DNA from: Deltaproteobacteria bacterium
Lineage (GTDB): Bacteria; Myxococcota_A; Polyangia; Polyangiales; Houyiibacteriaceae
DNA length: 52,487 nucleotides
Direction: 5' to 3'
Assembly: GCA_034670305.1 (NCBI GenBank)
Contig: JAXMNT010000052.1
Span: 1 to 52,487 of the forward strand
Shown: piece after piece, positions 27,263 through 37,678 of the stretch
How the letters are laid out: each line of letters opens with the position of its first letter
Numbering within the stretch: position 1 is the stretch's first letter
Made by a program: the position numbers and the translations under genes
Notes under the pieces: model-generated
The model's input: the letters and a program-made list of their open reading frames with translations, nothing else
Databases searched by the model: none
Told to the model about the DNA's origin: nothing

Positions 27263-29179
27263 TCAGATGAGCAGGATCTCTTCAAGGTTGAGTCCGGCCG
27301 GGTACGCGTAGCTCGTGAACTGCCCCATGCCGTAGACGATGACGCCGAAGGGATCGGTCGCGAGCATCTGGTGGGTGCCACCTTCGAGCGGCACGATGCC
27401 GACTTCGCGATCGCCGGTCGTCTGCCAGGCGGGGCTGATGCTCGAACCATCGAGTTGGATCTCCTGGCCCGGCGTGCGCACGACGAGCAAGTACGACTGG
27501 CCTTCCGTGCTCGCGTTGTAGCTGGACGGAGTCACGAACGTGTAGTCCGAGCGGAACTGCTCACGGGGCGGCAACACGACCATCGCCGGATCGCCACGAT
27601 CGGCGGGCGGGTCGCTGGCGTTCTGCCCGACCAGGAACTGCGTGACCATGATGGCCTGCGTGCCGTTGACGGTGAACGGGCTCGTGGCGTCGAAGACGGC
27701 CGACTGGCCCTGCGAGAGCATGAGGTTGCTGGTGCCACCCTGGGGCGGATCCACGGTGACCATCGTGCCATCGAATGCGGCCGTGACACGCACCACGTTG
27801 CGGTTGGAAGGACCGGGGTCGCCCATCGGTCCGGAGACGAAGTTGCGGCCCCAGGTCTCGAGCGGCGGCAACTGGTTCTCGAGGTGGTCGCAGGCGAACC
27901 GGTCGTACGGGACGAACGCGCAGTCGTGTCCACCGTAGACCGCGATCGGGTTGTTCGAGGTGACGCGGGAGCCGGTCAGGTCGAACTCTGTCTCGTTGCA
28001 GTAGCGCAGCTCGTTGCTCGTCGGCGATGCCGGGTCCACTCGGTAACCCGGTCGACCGGACGCACACCGGGGCGGCACTGCGGCCGCCACCACGACGACC
28101 TCGCCGCGCTGAATGGTGAAGTTCAAGACCCCGCCGCGGCTGACCGCCGGGAAGCGGCCATCGCTCGCACCCGCGATGTTGGAGTTCGCCACCACCGTCA
28201 CCGTGGTGGGCTCCGGCGTGACGCCGATGATCGCGATGTAGCTCGGGGACGCCGTCTGGATCTCCTGCATGCCGGTGAAGATGTCGTCCACGACCTGGGT
28301 CACCGAGAGCGACGGGAACGAGCTGCCGATGTAGTTGCCGGTGAAGGTGTGGGCCGGCAGGAGCAGCGAGGCGTCGTTCGTGAACGAGAACGTGCCGCCG
28401 ACGTCGTAGTCGAAGGGGTTGAACTCGGTCAGCGTGACCGGACGGTCGCTCACGACGCGGTATGCCGCGTTCGGGACCGCCGGGCTCTGCCAGTTCGGCG
28501 GAGGCGGCGGGTCGAAGGGCGAGGGCGCCATGCCGGGTTCGAACGCCGAGCCGAGCGCCTCGTTCCACGGCAGCGTGATCTGCTGCAGTCCGCCGGGCGG
28601 CACGGTGACCGACATGATCATCGAAGCGCCCTGGAACACGCGCACGTTGGCGGGGCTCGTCGGGTCCGGGTTGGCGGCGACGAGCCGGTAGTCGAAGGTG
28701 TCGCGGTCCAGCGCGCCGTTGGGAAGCGGCGTCGCCCAGTACTCGCAGCCGATGTTGGAGAGGCTGGACTCTGCGGCGCCACAGTCGTCGCCGCAGTACC
28801 CGCTCGAGGTGCAGGTCGAACCGTTCTCGTCGCAGTTGCGGCCGGTCACGAATCCAGAACCATCCGAAGCGCACACCATAGAGACGTTGCCTTCGCAGCG
28901 GCGCTGCCCGGCGGTGCACGCCACGCAGCCCGCGGCTGGGTCACACGCACCGGTGCACATCATCTCGTTGATGTGCGTCATGCCGTCGTCGGCGCATTGG
29001 TAGTAGGTGGCGCCATCGCACGCGAACGCGCCCGGCACACACGCGCCCGGAGGCCCGGTGTCCACCATGCCGGCGTCGTCGCCCCCAGGACCCGTGTCCC
29101 GATTCGGACGTCGATCGTCGTCACCACACCCGATGAGCAACGCGCCCATCGCACAACACACAAGCAAAGTTCCCCGCAT
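27263..29179 (-). CDS. IgGFc-binding-domain lipoprotein
   Basis: Lipobox LIGC; Cys-rich N-terminus; GCEYWA, NDASLLLP, DHLENQLPPLETWG, GDPAM, SYAYPAG motifs. Confidence 0.85.
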   Translation of the reverse strand: MRGTLLVCCAMGALLIGCGDDDRRPNRDTGPGGDDAGMVDTGPPGACVPGAFACDGATYYQCADDGMTHINEMMCTGACDPAAGCVACTAGQRRCEGNVSMVCASDGSGFVTGRNCDENGSTCTSSGYCGDDCGAAESSLSNIGCEYWATPLPNGALDRDTFDYRLVAANPDPTSPANVRVFQGASMIMSVTVPPGGLQQITLPWNEALGSAFEPGMAPSPFDPPPPPNWQSPAVPNAAYRVVSDRPVTLTEFNPFDYDVGGTFSFTNDASLLLPAHTFTGNYIGSSFPSLSVTQVVDDIFTGMQEIQTASPSYIAIIGVTPEPTTVTVVANSNIAGASDGRFPAVSRGGVLNFTIQRGEVVVVAAAVPPRCASGRPGYRVDPASPTSNELRYCNETEFDLTGSRVTSNNPIAVYGGHDCAFVPYDRFACDHLENQLPPLETWGRNFVSGPMGDPGPSNRNVVRVTAAFDGTMVTVDPPQGGTSNLMLSQGQSAVFDATSPFTVNGTQAIMVTQFLVGQNASDPPADRGDPAMVVLPPREQFRSDYTFVTPSSYNASTEGQSYLLVVRTPGQEIQLDGSSISPAWQTTGDREVGIVPLEGGTHQMLATDPFGVIVYGMGQFTSYAYPAGLNLEEILLI

Positions 29180-29460
29180 GGGGCCTCCCAATCCGGTGCA
29201 GGGCACCACCGCCACCCCGCCTACCACGGCGGAAGCTAGTGGATCCCGCCCGCCAGTGCCAACCCCCGACCCAAGTCGGAGAGACTCACTCGGTGGGAGG
29301 AAGCACAACGAGTGACGACCCTCACGAAACCCGCCGCCCGCGCCCCGTGGACCCCAAACGTGCGTTGCGCCACACAGACCCTCCCTCTATCGTCGCGCCG
29401 CTCGGGCACGGCGACTGCGCGCCCGCGCCTGTGGGTCCAAGCGACCGAGAAAGGTGCCCG

Positions 29461-30954
29461 ATGACTGCGACTGGGTTTGGCTCGAAAGGTCTCGAAGTCC
29501 ACACGCCGCTGCTGTTCGAGCAGGGCGCGCCTGGCCGTACCGGCGTCTCGCTTGCGAAGCGGGATGTGCCCGAGGTCGACGCCACCAAGGTCCTCGGCAA
29601 ACTCGCCCGAAAGACCCCGGCGCCGCTGCCGGAGGTGTCCGAACCCGAAGCCTTCCGCCACTACGTGCGGCTGAGCCAGCAGAACTTCGCCATCGATCTG
29701 GGCATGTACCCACTCGGGTCGTGCACGATGAAGTACAACCCCAAGGTCAACGAGTGGGCGGCTCGGCTCCCGGGCTTCGCCAACCTCCATCCGCTCGCAC
29801 CCACCCAGCAGATCCAGGGTGCGCTCGAGTTGATGTACCGGCTGGAACGTGGTCTCGCCGAGATCTGCGGCATGGACCACGTCTCGCTTCACCCCGCGGC
29901 GGGCGCGCAGGGCGAGTACACCGGGCTCATGATGATCCGCGCCTTCCACCAGGCGCAGGGACGCAACCCGAAGAAGGTGCTCATCCCGCACACCGCACAC
30001 GGAACGAACCCCGCGTCGTGCGCGCTCAACGGCCTGAAGGCCGTGCCCTTCCCCGCTGGCGACGACGGCCGGGTGCACCCCGAGACCCTCGCGGAGTTCA
30101 TCGACGACGACGTCGCGGCGATCATGATCACGAACCCGAACACCGTCGGGCTCTTCGAGAGCGAACTCGCGACCATCGCCGAGATGGTCCACGCCAAAGG
30201 CGGGCTCGTGTACGGCGACGGCGCAAACCTCAATGCGCTCATGGGCTGGGCGCGCCCCGGCGACCTCGGCATCGACGTGATGCAGTTCAACCTGCACAAG
30301 ACCTTCACCACGCCGCACGGCGGCGGCGGTCCCGGATGTGGACCGGTCGGGTACAAGGCCAAGCTCGATCCGTACGCGCCGGTTCCCGTGGTCGCCAAGT
30401 TGGAAGACGGTTCGTTCCAACTGGACTACGACCGCCCGGAGTCGATCGGTCGCCTGCGGTCCTTCCACGGCAACTTCGGCATGATGGTGCGGGCCTACGC
30501 GTACATCCGGGAGATGGGCGCCGAGGGTCTCAAGAGCGCCACCGAGCTCGCCGTGCTGAACGCGAACTACATGCTCGCACGCCTCGGTGAGCACTGGCAT
30601 GTGCCGTACCGCCAGACCTGCATGCACGAGCTCATCATCAGCGACAAGAACCTGCGCGAGACGCACGTGACGACGATGGACATCGCCAAGCGGCTCATCG
30701 ACTACGGCTTTCACGCGCCGACCGTCTACTTCCCGCTGGTCGTCAAAGGCGCGATGTTGATCGAGCCGACCGAGACCGAGAGCAAAGCTACGCTCGACCA
30801 GTTCTGCGACGCGATGGAAGCGATTCGGAACGAAGCGCACACCGACCCGGACAAGGTCCTCGGTGCACCGCACCACACGCGCCTGCGCCGGCTGGACGAG
30901 ACCCGCGCCGCCCGCACCCCCGTCTTGCGCTGGACCGAACCAGCCGCGTCCTAG
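29461..30954 (+). CDS. gcvPB: Glycine dehydrogenase (aminomethyl-transferring) subunit 2
   Basis: YPLGSCTMKYNPK, PAAGAQGE, AHGTNPAS, NLHKTFTTPHGGGGPG (PLP Lys), IEPTETESK. Confidence 0.95.
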   Translation: MTATGFGSKGLEVHTPLLFEQGAPGRTGVSLAKRDVPEVDATKVLGKLARKTPAPLPEVSEPEAFRHYVRLSQQNFAIDLGMYPLGSCTMKYNPKVNEWAARLPGFANLHPLAPTQQIQGALELMYRLERGLAEICGMDHVSLHPAAGAQGEYTGLMMIRAFHQAQGRNPKKVLIPHTAHGTNPASCALNGLKAVPFPAGDDGRVHPETLAEFIDDDVAAIMITNPNTVGLFESELATIAEMVHAKGGLVYGDGANLNALMGWARPGDLGIDVMQFNLHKTFTTPHGGGGPGCGPVGYKAKLDPYAPVPVVAKLEDGSFQLDYDRPESIGRLRSFHGNFGMMVRAYAYIREMGAEGLKSATELAVLNANYMLARLGEHWHVPYRQTCMHELIISDKNLRETHVTTMDIAKRLIDYGFHAPTVYFPLVVKGAMLIEPTETESKATLDQFCDAMEAIRNEAHTDPDKVLGAPHHTRLRRLDETRAARTPVLRWTEPAAS

Positions 30955-30963
30955 GGCCGCTCC

Positions 30964-31926
30964 TCAGAACTGCTGGCTGATCCAGAGCGCGGCCGGCAAG
31001 GTCGCGGCGCTCAGCAACGTCGAGACGACGATGGTCTGCGTCACCCGCTCGACGTTCTCGCGACTCACTCCGCCGCGGTTTTGCGCACCGCCCTCGAACT
31101 CCTTCACGATCGCGAACGTGGTGATCGCGGCGGGCATGCACGACAGCAGGAAGAACACTTGCGCGTCCAGATGGGCGAGCCAGCCCTGCCGCACCGCCAA
31201 CCAACACGCGGCGCCCGTCCACGCTGGCAGGAGCACGAGCTTCGCCACGACGTGCGCCCAAGTCGAGAACGTCGCGCGCCGAATCGCCGAACGGTTGGCG
31301 TGCAAGTACAGACCGAGCACGAAGAGCGCCACCGGTGCCGCCGACTGGCCCACCGGCTCGGTGACGCCATGGAGGACCGAGCGCACGTCGTCCGGGGCGA
31401 GCCGACCCAGAAAACCGAGCACGGGTGCCCAGAGCAGCGGCTGGCGAACCGCGCGTTGAAGCGGGGAGGCGTTCGCGCCCCCGCCGCTCCACCGCAAGAG
31501 CAGGTAGGGGCCACAGATCATCGAACCGGTCACGTAGAGCGCGACCGCGAGCGAGCCGACACCGAGCGCTTCGGGCCCGACGAACTGCGCCAGGAATGGA
31601 AGCCCGAGGTACGCGACGTTGCCGAACGAGGTGACGAGCGCGATGGTGCCCGCGTCGCGGGACACACCGAGCACGCGCGCACCGAGCCGCACGCACAGGA
31701 GCGACAACACAAGACAGACGGGGACCACTGCCCAGAACGCGGGACCCGCGTCGAGTTCGAAGCGCTGGTCCACGATCCCGGCAAAGACGAGCGCCGGAAA
31801 CGCGAAGTAGAGCGCGTACCGGTTGAGGTGGTGCACCGCGGCTTCGGTGGAGTCGAAGAGCCGCACGATCCCCGCGCCCGCGCCCAGCAGCACCGGCGCG
31901 ATCAGCACGAGGATGCGAACCAACAT
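30964..31926 (-). CDS. AEC (auxin efflux carrier) family transporter
   Basis: About 10 TM helices; YFAFPALVF, FGNVAYLGLP, QPLLWA, KLVLLP, MPAA motifs. Confidence 0.85.
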   Translation of the reverse strand: MLVRILVLIAPVLLGAGAGIVRLFDSTEAAVHHLNRYALYFAFPALVFAGIVDQRFELDAGPAFWAVVPVCLVLSLLCVRLGARVLGVSRDAGTIALVTSFGNVAYLGLPFLAQFVGPEALGVGSLAVALYVTGSMICGPYLLLRWSGGGANASPLQRAVRQPLLWAPVLGFLGRLAPDDVRSVLHGVTEPVGQSAAPVALFVLGLYLHANRSAIRRATFSTWAHVVAKLVLLPAWTGAACWLAVRQGWLAHLDAQVFFLLSCMPAAITTFAIVKEFEGGAQNRGGVSRENVERVTQTIVVSTLLSAATLPAALWISQQF

Positions 31927-31941
31927 CGAGGTCTCGCAGGC

Positions 31942-33288
31942 TCAGCGAAGCGTGTCGATGACGAGGGGCAGCTGCGGCTGCGCGCGACCGATGCGGAAGG
32001 CGGACTCCACGCGGCGCACGGCGTCTTTCGTGTCCTGTCCGGCGTGCACGAAGAGCGTCGCGATGCGGTCGCCCTTTTTGACCTTGGTGCCCGGTTTGGC
32101 GTCGAGCTGGATGCCGACCGCCGGATCGACCGGCTGGTCGGCACGCGTTCGGCCGGCACCGAGCGCGACGCCCGCCCACCCGATCGCGAGTGCATCGATG
32201 CCCACCACCGTGCCGCTCTTCTTCGCGCGGATGTACCGGCGCTTCTTGGCGAGCGGAAGCAGGCGCGGATCTTCCGCAACCTTCGGGTCCCCGCCCTGCG
32301 CACGCACGATCTGCGCGAACTTCTTCACGCCGCTGCGATCGTCCACGGCGCGCTGCATGAGCTTGCGACCCTCCGCGGTGGTCTTGGCTTTGCCACCGAG
32401 ACGCAACATCTCCGCGCCGAGCGCGAAGGTGCACTCGACGAGGTCTTCCGGACCACGGCCATGAAGCACGTCGATGGCTTCGCGGGTCTCGATCGCGTTG
32501 CCCACCGCAACACCGAGCGGCGCTTCCATACGAGTGAGCAGCACGGTCACCTTCTTGCCGGCCAACTTGCCGACCCGGATGATCGAACGGGCGAGTTCAC
32601 GGGCCTGTTCCGGCGTCTTCATGAACGCCCCATTGCCAACCTTGATGTCCATCACGAGGGCGTCGATGCCTTCGGCGAGTTTCTTCGAGAGGATGCTCGC
32701 GGTGATGAGCGGGATGGACTCGATGGTGCCGGTCACGTCCCGGAGCGCGTAGAGACGACGGTCCGCGGGTGCGAGTTGCTCGGTCTGGCCGAAAAGCGCG
32801 CAGCCGATCTTCTCGAGCTGCCTCGCGAACCGTTTGGTGCTCAAGTCGCACCGGAAGCCTTCGATGGCCTCGAGTTTGTCGACGGTGCCACCGGTGTGTG
32901 CCAGTCCGCGGCCGGCGACCATCGGCACCGGGACACCGCAGGCTGCGACCAGCGGCGCCAGGCAGAGGCTCACCTTGTCGCCCACGCCACCGGTCGAGTG
33001 TTTGTCGACCTTGATGCCGGGGATGTGGTCGAGGTCCATCACCGTGCCGCTGTCGCGCATGGACAGGGTGAGGGTGGCGGTCTCCGCGGGTTTCATGCCC
33101 TGGAAGTAGATCGCCATCGCCATGGCGCTCATCTGATAGTCCGCGACCGACCCCTCCACGAAGCCGTTCACGAAACGCTCGATCTCGGCGTTCGTCAGGG
33201 TGAGGCCGTCGCGCTTTTTGGCGATCAGCTCGGGAACGCTCAGTGCGGGGGCGGAGTTCGACTTCTTCTTAGACTTCTTGGCGGCCAT
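31942..33288 (-). CDS. deoA: Thymidine/pyrimidine-nucleoside phosphorylase
   Basis: KKRDG, DKHSTGGVGDK, GRGLAHTGGTVDKLE, LYALRDVT, SILSKKLAEG. Confidence 0.93.
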   Translation of the reverse strand: MAAKKSKKKSNSAPALSVPELIAKKRDGLTLTNAEIERFVNGFVEGSVADYQMSAMAMAIYFQGMKPAETATLTLSMRDSGTVMDLDHIPGIKVDKHSTGGVGDKVSLCLAPLVAACGVPVPMVAGRGLAHTGGTVDKLEAIEGFRCDLSTKRFARQLEKIGCALFGQTEQLAPADRRLYALRDVTGTIESIPLITASILSKKLAEGIDALVMDIKVGNGAFMKTPEQARELARSIIRVGKLAGKKVTVLLTRMEAPLGVAVGNAIETREAIDVLHGRGPEDLVECTFALGAEMLRLGGKAKTTAEGRKLMQRAVDDRSGVKKFAQIVRAQGGDPKVAEDPRLLPLAKKRRYIRAKKSGTVVGIDALAIGWAGVALGAGRTRADQPVDPAVGIQLDAKPGTKVKKGDRIATLFVHAGQDTKDAVRRVESAFRIGRAQPQLPLVIDTLR

Positions 33289-33367
33289 CGGGCCCTTCTA
33301 CCACCTGCAGGCCCGACCGCACCCCGCGGTGATTGATGCCCAGGCATGTGCCTGCTAGGCCCCCGCC

Positions 33368-34693
33368 ATGCCGCCCCGCCCCCAGAGCGCACAATCCCCG
33401 TCCTTGGGCGACGGAACCAGGTGGGGCACGCTCGGTGCGTCTGTCCTCGGGCTGCTGCTCGTGGTGGCCGCGACTTCCTGCGGCGGGCGCCAGAACCCCC
33501 GACCCGGCCCGTGTATGTCGGACCGCGAGTGCAACGGGGACCGCATCTGCCACGAGGGCCGCTGCCGGTTCGTCGACGAAGTGCGGGCCAGCTTGAATGT
33601 AGACGCCGGACCGACCGAAGCCGACGCCGAACCCCCGGAGGTCGACGCCGGACCGCCCACCCCGGTCCGCGTCGAACGCCCCATGTTCATGGCTGGGCCG
33701 CTGCATCACGGCCGCTCGGACCGGACCGGCCCCGCGAGTTCGCCGACCGAACGCTGGGCACACCGCACGCGGGCACGCATCTTCGCGTCGCCGGTCGTGG
33801 CGGACGACGGCTCGATCTACGTGGGTTCCCTCGATCGCACCTTCGCCGCGCTCAGTCCCGACGGCACCCTGCAATGGCGCTATGCCGCCGCCGACAAGAT
33901 CTACTCGACCGCCGCGGTCGGCCCGGACGGCACGGTCTACTTCGGAAGCGACGACGGCCACCTCACCGCGCTGACGCCGACGGGCCAACTCCTTTGGCGA
34001 CTGGATCTCGACGATCAGGTCGACGCCAGTCCGGTGGTCGGGGACGACGGCACGATCTACGCGGCCGCCGGTGGCGTCTACGCGATCGCGCCTGGCGGAA
34101 CGGTGCGGTGGCACGTGCCGACCGCGTCGCACATTCGGTCCTCCCCCGCGGTGCACCCCGCCGGCCTCGTCATCGTCGGCACGCCCGAAGGCACCGTGCT
34201 CGCGGTCCGCACCAACGGCGAAGTGGCCTGGCGCACGCCGGCCGGCGCAAGCATCGACGGGGGTGCCTCCATCGCGCCCGATGGAACGATCTACATCGGC
34301 ACCGACCGCGGCCATGTGCTCGCGCTCGATGGATCCGGCCAAGAACGATGGCGCTTCGAGACGGGCGACGACGTCCGGGCGACACCGGCGATCGCCGGCG
34401 ATGGCACCATCGTCGTCGGCTCCTACGACCGACACGTCTACGCGATCGCACCCGACGGAACCCAGCGCTGGCGCGTCGAGACCCGAGGTCGAATCCGAGC
34501 CGGCGCGCGCATCGACCGCGAAGGCCGAATCTACATCGGCTCCCAGGACGACACGCTCTACGCGATCTCGCCCGAAGGCGAAGTCCTCTGGCGCCACGAC
34601 CTCGGCCAAGACGTGGACTCGACGGTCGCGATCGGCGAAGACGGCACCTTGTACGTCGGCTCCGACGACGGCCGCCTGCACGCGCTGCGCTAG
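33368..34693 (+). CDS. PQQ-like beta-propeller lipoprotein (BamB-like repeats)
   Basis: Lipobox ATSC; small Cys module; about eight SP.V..DG.IYVGS.D..LYA...G...W repeats. Confidence 0.85.
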   Translation: MPPRPQSAQSPSLGDGTRWGTLGASVLGLLLVVAATSCGGRQNPRPGPCMSDRECNGDRICHEGRCRFVDEVRASLNVDAGPTEADAEPPEVDAGPPTPVRVERPMFMAGPLHHGRSDRTGPASSPTERWAHRTRARIFASPVVADDGSIYVGSLDRTFAALSPDGTLQWRYAAADKIYSTAAVGPDGTVYFGSDDGHLTALTPTGQLLWRLDLDDQVDASPVVGDDGTIYAAAGGVYAIAPGGTVRWHVPTASHIRSSPAVHPAGLVIVGTPEGTVLAVRTNGEVAWRTPAGASIDGGASIAPDGTIYIGTDRGHVLALDGSGQERWRFETGDDVRATPAIAGDGTIVVGSYDRHVYAIAPDGTQRWRVETRGRIRAGARIDREGRIYIGSQDDTLYAISPEGEVLWRHDLGQDVDSTVAIGEDGTLYVGSDDGRLHALR

Positions 34694-34730
34694 CAGTCGC
34701 CGGAAGCGACTGCGCCCGTGCCCGGCTGGG

Positions 34731-34953
34731 CGTCGGCGTCGGCCTCGGCTTCGGCTTCGGCGTCGGCTTCGGCCTCGGCTTCGGCTTCGGCTTCGGCTTC
34801 GGCTTCGGCATCGGCCACGGCCTCGGCTTCGGCGTCGGCTTCGGCCTCGGCCTCGGCTTCGGCTTCGGCTTCCGCTTCCGCTTCCGCTTCCGCTTCCGCA
34901 TCCGCTTCCGCGACCGCTTCCGCTTCCGCTTCCGCTTCCGCGGCCGCTTCCGC
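34731..34953. repeat. Intergenic hexamer array D (NTCGGC)n then (TTCCGC)n
   Basis: Direct observation; between convergent propeller gene and rnr; preceded by hairpin GCAGTCGC-CGGAA-GCGACTGC. Confidence 0.95.
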
Positions 34954-34961
34954 GTGCGCGG

Positions 34962-37409
34962 CTACTTCTTGCGGCGGCGGCGGCGGGGCGTGCTCTCACC
35001 GCCCTTGGATGCGTCTTTGCTCGGCCGGGTGCGGCGCGGGGTCGACTCGTCTGCGCCGCGCTTGTCGGAATCGCCTTTGCGCTTGCCGCCACCGCGCTGG
35101 CCGCCGTCGCGCTTGCCGCCGTCGCGCTTGCCGTCGCGCTTGCCGTCGCGCTTCTTGCCACTGCCGCGCTTGCCGCCGCCGTGTTTGCTGCTGCCCTCGC
35201 GTTTGCCGGGCGAGCGCGGGCGACCGCGTCCTCGGCTTCGGTTCTCGCGTTCTTCGTCGCTCGCGAGCTCCGCGTCGATGGGAAGGGCGATGAGATCCCG
35301 CTTGGCCAAATCGACGTCTTCGAGACGCACCGTCATCCGGTCACCGAGCGAGTAGATCTGGCCGCCGCGCAAACCGATGAGCCGGATGCCGAGCTCGTCG
35401 AGTTCGTAATAGTCGTCCAGACGGTCGAGGGGGACGAGCGCGTCGACGAAGGGCTCGTCGAACCGAACGTAGAACCCGTACGTGTCCACGCCGCTGATCG
35501 AACACTCGAACTCTTCGCCGATTCGGTCGCGCATGATGATGCATCGGTAGAGCGCGACCACGTCGCGCTCGACCACCATCGCGCGTCGTTCGAGCCGGCT
35601 CGACTCCGCTGCGGCCTTCCGCAGTTTCGGCACCAGCGTAGCCACGTCGAACGATTCGCCGCGGATCAGCTTTCGCACGATCCGGTGAACCATCATGTCC
35701 GGGTAGCGCCGGATCGGGGAGGTGAAGTGCAGGTAGTCCTTCGCCGCCAAACCGAAATGGCCGATCTCGGAGTTCACGTCGTACGAGGCTTGCTGCATCG
35801 CGCGCAGCAAGAGGTACTGCAAGACCGGCGCGTCGTCGGAGCCTTCGATGGACTTGAGGAACTTCGAGAGCTGCTTCGGGTCGCGGGCGGCGTCCAGATC
35901 CAGGTCGTGTCCGAGCGCGGTCGCCAGCTGGGCAAACCGCCCCACCTTCTTCTCATCCGGCTTCGGGTGGATCCGGAACACGCCAGGCACCGAGCGCCGC
36001 TTGATCTCGCCGGCCACGACTTCGTTGGCGAGCAACATCATCTCTTCGACCAACCGGTACGCTTCGCGCACGCCTGGGTCTTTCCGGCTGCGCACGATGT
36101 CGACCGGCTCGTCGTTCTCGTCGAGTTTCACCCGCGCTTCGGGCAGGTCGAAGTCGAGCGAACCACGCCGCATGCGCTTGCGCCGCAGGATGCGGGACAG
36201 ATCGAGGAGCGCTTGGAGCCCCGGAACACGCTTCTCGGCTTGGGGTTGTGGGTCCCCTTCGTCGGTGAGCTTCAACGCGCGCGCGACGCCCTCGTACGTC
36301 AGGCCGCCATGGCAGCGCATGACGCCCTCGAACATCTCCACCTTCTCGATCTTGCCGCCCTTCGACAACAAGACTTCCACGCCCATGCACAGCCGATCCT
36401 TGTTCGCCACGAGCGACGCGAGGTGCGTCGAGAGTTCGGGCGGCAACATCGGAATGGCCCGGTCCGGCAGATAGATGCTGCACCCTCGTTCGAGTGCGGC
36501 CCGGTCGATGGCGGTGTGCTCGCGCACGTAGTGGGAGACGTCCGCGATCGCGATGATCACGCGGAACCCATCCTTGGTGCGCTCACAGAAGAGCGCGTCG
36601 TCGTGGTCCCGTGCGTCGGCGGGGTCGATGGTGACCAGGTCCACATCGCGCAGGTCTCGGCGACCCTTGATCTCGGCGGGCAACACCCGGTCCGAGAACG
36701 CGGCGGCTTCCGCTTTCACGACCTCGTCGAACTCCTCGAGCACGTTCTCGCGGATCTTGATCTTCAAGACTTCGACCGCGGTCAGCCCGCGCACGCCGAG
36801 CTCGTCGATGACCTTGGCGCTCGCCAGATCGTCGGGCCCCTGCGGGAAGTGTTCGATCATCGCGACGACGGTGAGATCGTCGTCTGTGCGTTTGGGCGGC
36901 TTCTCCGCCAACAGCACCGGCGAACGCAATCTCGGGTCGTCCGGGATCAACACCGTCTGTTTGCCGCGGCGTTCAAGCCGGCCGGTGAACCGGCGCGGGC
37001 GTCGCTCGAGCACCGCGACCACTTCGCCGTCCCGTCCCTTCGAGGAGACCTGTGCGGCCACCTCGACTCGGTCTCCGTGCATCGCCGCGCCGATGTGGGG
37101 GCGCGGAATGAACACGTCGGGTCCACCGTCTTCGGCGGCCAGAAAGGCGAAGCCCCGAAGTGGGACGAAGCCGAGCACGCCGACGACGGTGCCTTGCGCC
37201 GCGGTGGGCACGGTGCGGTGTTTCTTGGACCGGAACCGCTGTCCGGGCATCTCGGTCACCAGACCGAGGGAGACAAGCTCATCGAGCGTGTCGAGCATTT
37301 CGGATCGCCTGCCCTTGTCGATGCCGACTCGGGTGCAGATCTCTGCAACATGAAGCGCGCGCGGGGCCCGCTCTCGGAGGGCGCCCATCACGGACTCTCG
37401 TTCAATCAC
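34962..37409 (-). CDS. rnr: Ribonuclease R
   Basis: Cold-shock domains; TIDPADARDHDDA; LVEEMMLLANE; HFGLA..YLHFTSPIRRYPD; S1 domain; K/R-rich tail. Confidence 0.93.
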   Translation of the reverse strand: MIERESVMGALRERAPRALHVAEICTRVGIDKGRRSEMLDTLDELVSLGLVTEMPGQRFRSKKHRTVPTAAQGTVVGVLGFVPLRGFAFLAAEDGGPDVFIPRPHIGAAMHGDRVEVAAQVSSKGRDGEVVAVLERRPRRFTGRLERRGKQTVLIPDDPRLRSPVLLAEKPPKRTDDDLTVVAMIEHFPQGPDDLASAKVIDELGVRGLTAVEVLKIKIRENVLEEFDEVVKAEAAAFSDRVLPAEIKGRRDLRDVDLVTIDPADARDHDDALFCERTKDGFRVIIAIADVSHYVREHTAIDRAALERGCSIYLPDRAIPMLPPELSTHLASLVANKDRLCMGVEVLLSKGGKIEKVEMFEGVMRCHGGLTYEGVARALKLTDEGDPQPQAEKRVPGLQALLDLSRILRRKRMRRGSLDFDLPEARVKLDENDEPVDIVRSRKDPGVREAYRLVEEMMLLANEVVAGEIKRRSVPGVFRIHPKPDEKKVGRFAQLATALGHDLDLDAARDPKQLSKFLKSIEGSDDAPVLQYLLLRAMQQASYDVNSEIGHFGLAAKDYLHFTSPIRRYPDMMVHRIVRKLIRGESFDVATLVPKLRKAAAESSRLERRAMVVERDVVALYRCIIMRDRIGEEFECSISGVDTYGFYVRFDEPFVDALVPLDRLDDYYELDELGIRLIGLRGGQIYSLGDRMTVRLEDVDLAKRDLIALPIDAELASDEERENRSRGRGRPRSPGKREGSSKHGGGKRGSGKKRDGKRDGKRDGGKRDGGQRGGGKRKGDSDKRGADESTPRRTRPSKDASKGGESTPRRRRRKK

Positions 37410-37678
37410 TTCTATTTTCCTTGCGCCTACGCAGGCGCCGCTTTTAATTCTGGGTGCGCCTGACTCGGCGCGAGTTGCACCAATGGCGGTGCGGGAGGGT
37501 TTCTGAGGAGGCGGGAGGGTTGCCCTGCAGGCCCACTTCAGAGGGGTGCGGCTCTACCATCAGGTTGGACGGGAGCTCCGCTGTTGGGAAGGTTGTAACC
37601 ACCGAGCGCCCCCGCGTCCAGCCGAGCGCTCAACTTCACGGCCCTCACCACGGCCCACCAACGTGGCAGGATGGGCCG

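Noticed and set aside
29270-29330. Glycine riboswitch upstream of gcvPB (GGAGAG then hairpin TCACTCG/CGAGTGA)
   Set aside because: Lacks the conserved CCGAAG and CUCUCAGG elements; resemblance is too weak without an Infernal scan
35076-35210. Repeats encoding GKRD/GGKR at the 3' end of rnr
   Set aside because: Ordinary low-complexity basic tail of RNase R
37441-37640. 6S RNA, SRP RNA or tRNA
   Set aside because: No SRP GGAA/GCAGC motif, no tRNA T-loop or cloverleaf, no single long 6S-like rod; kept only as an unassigned candidate
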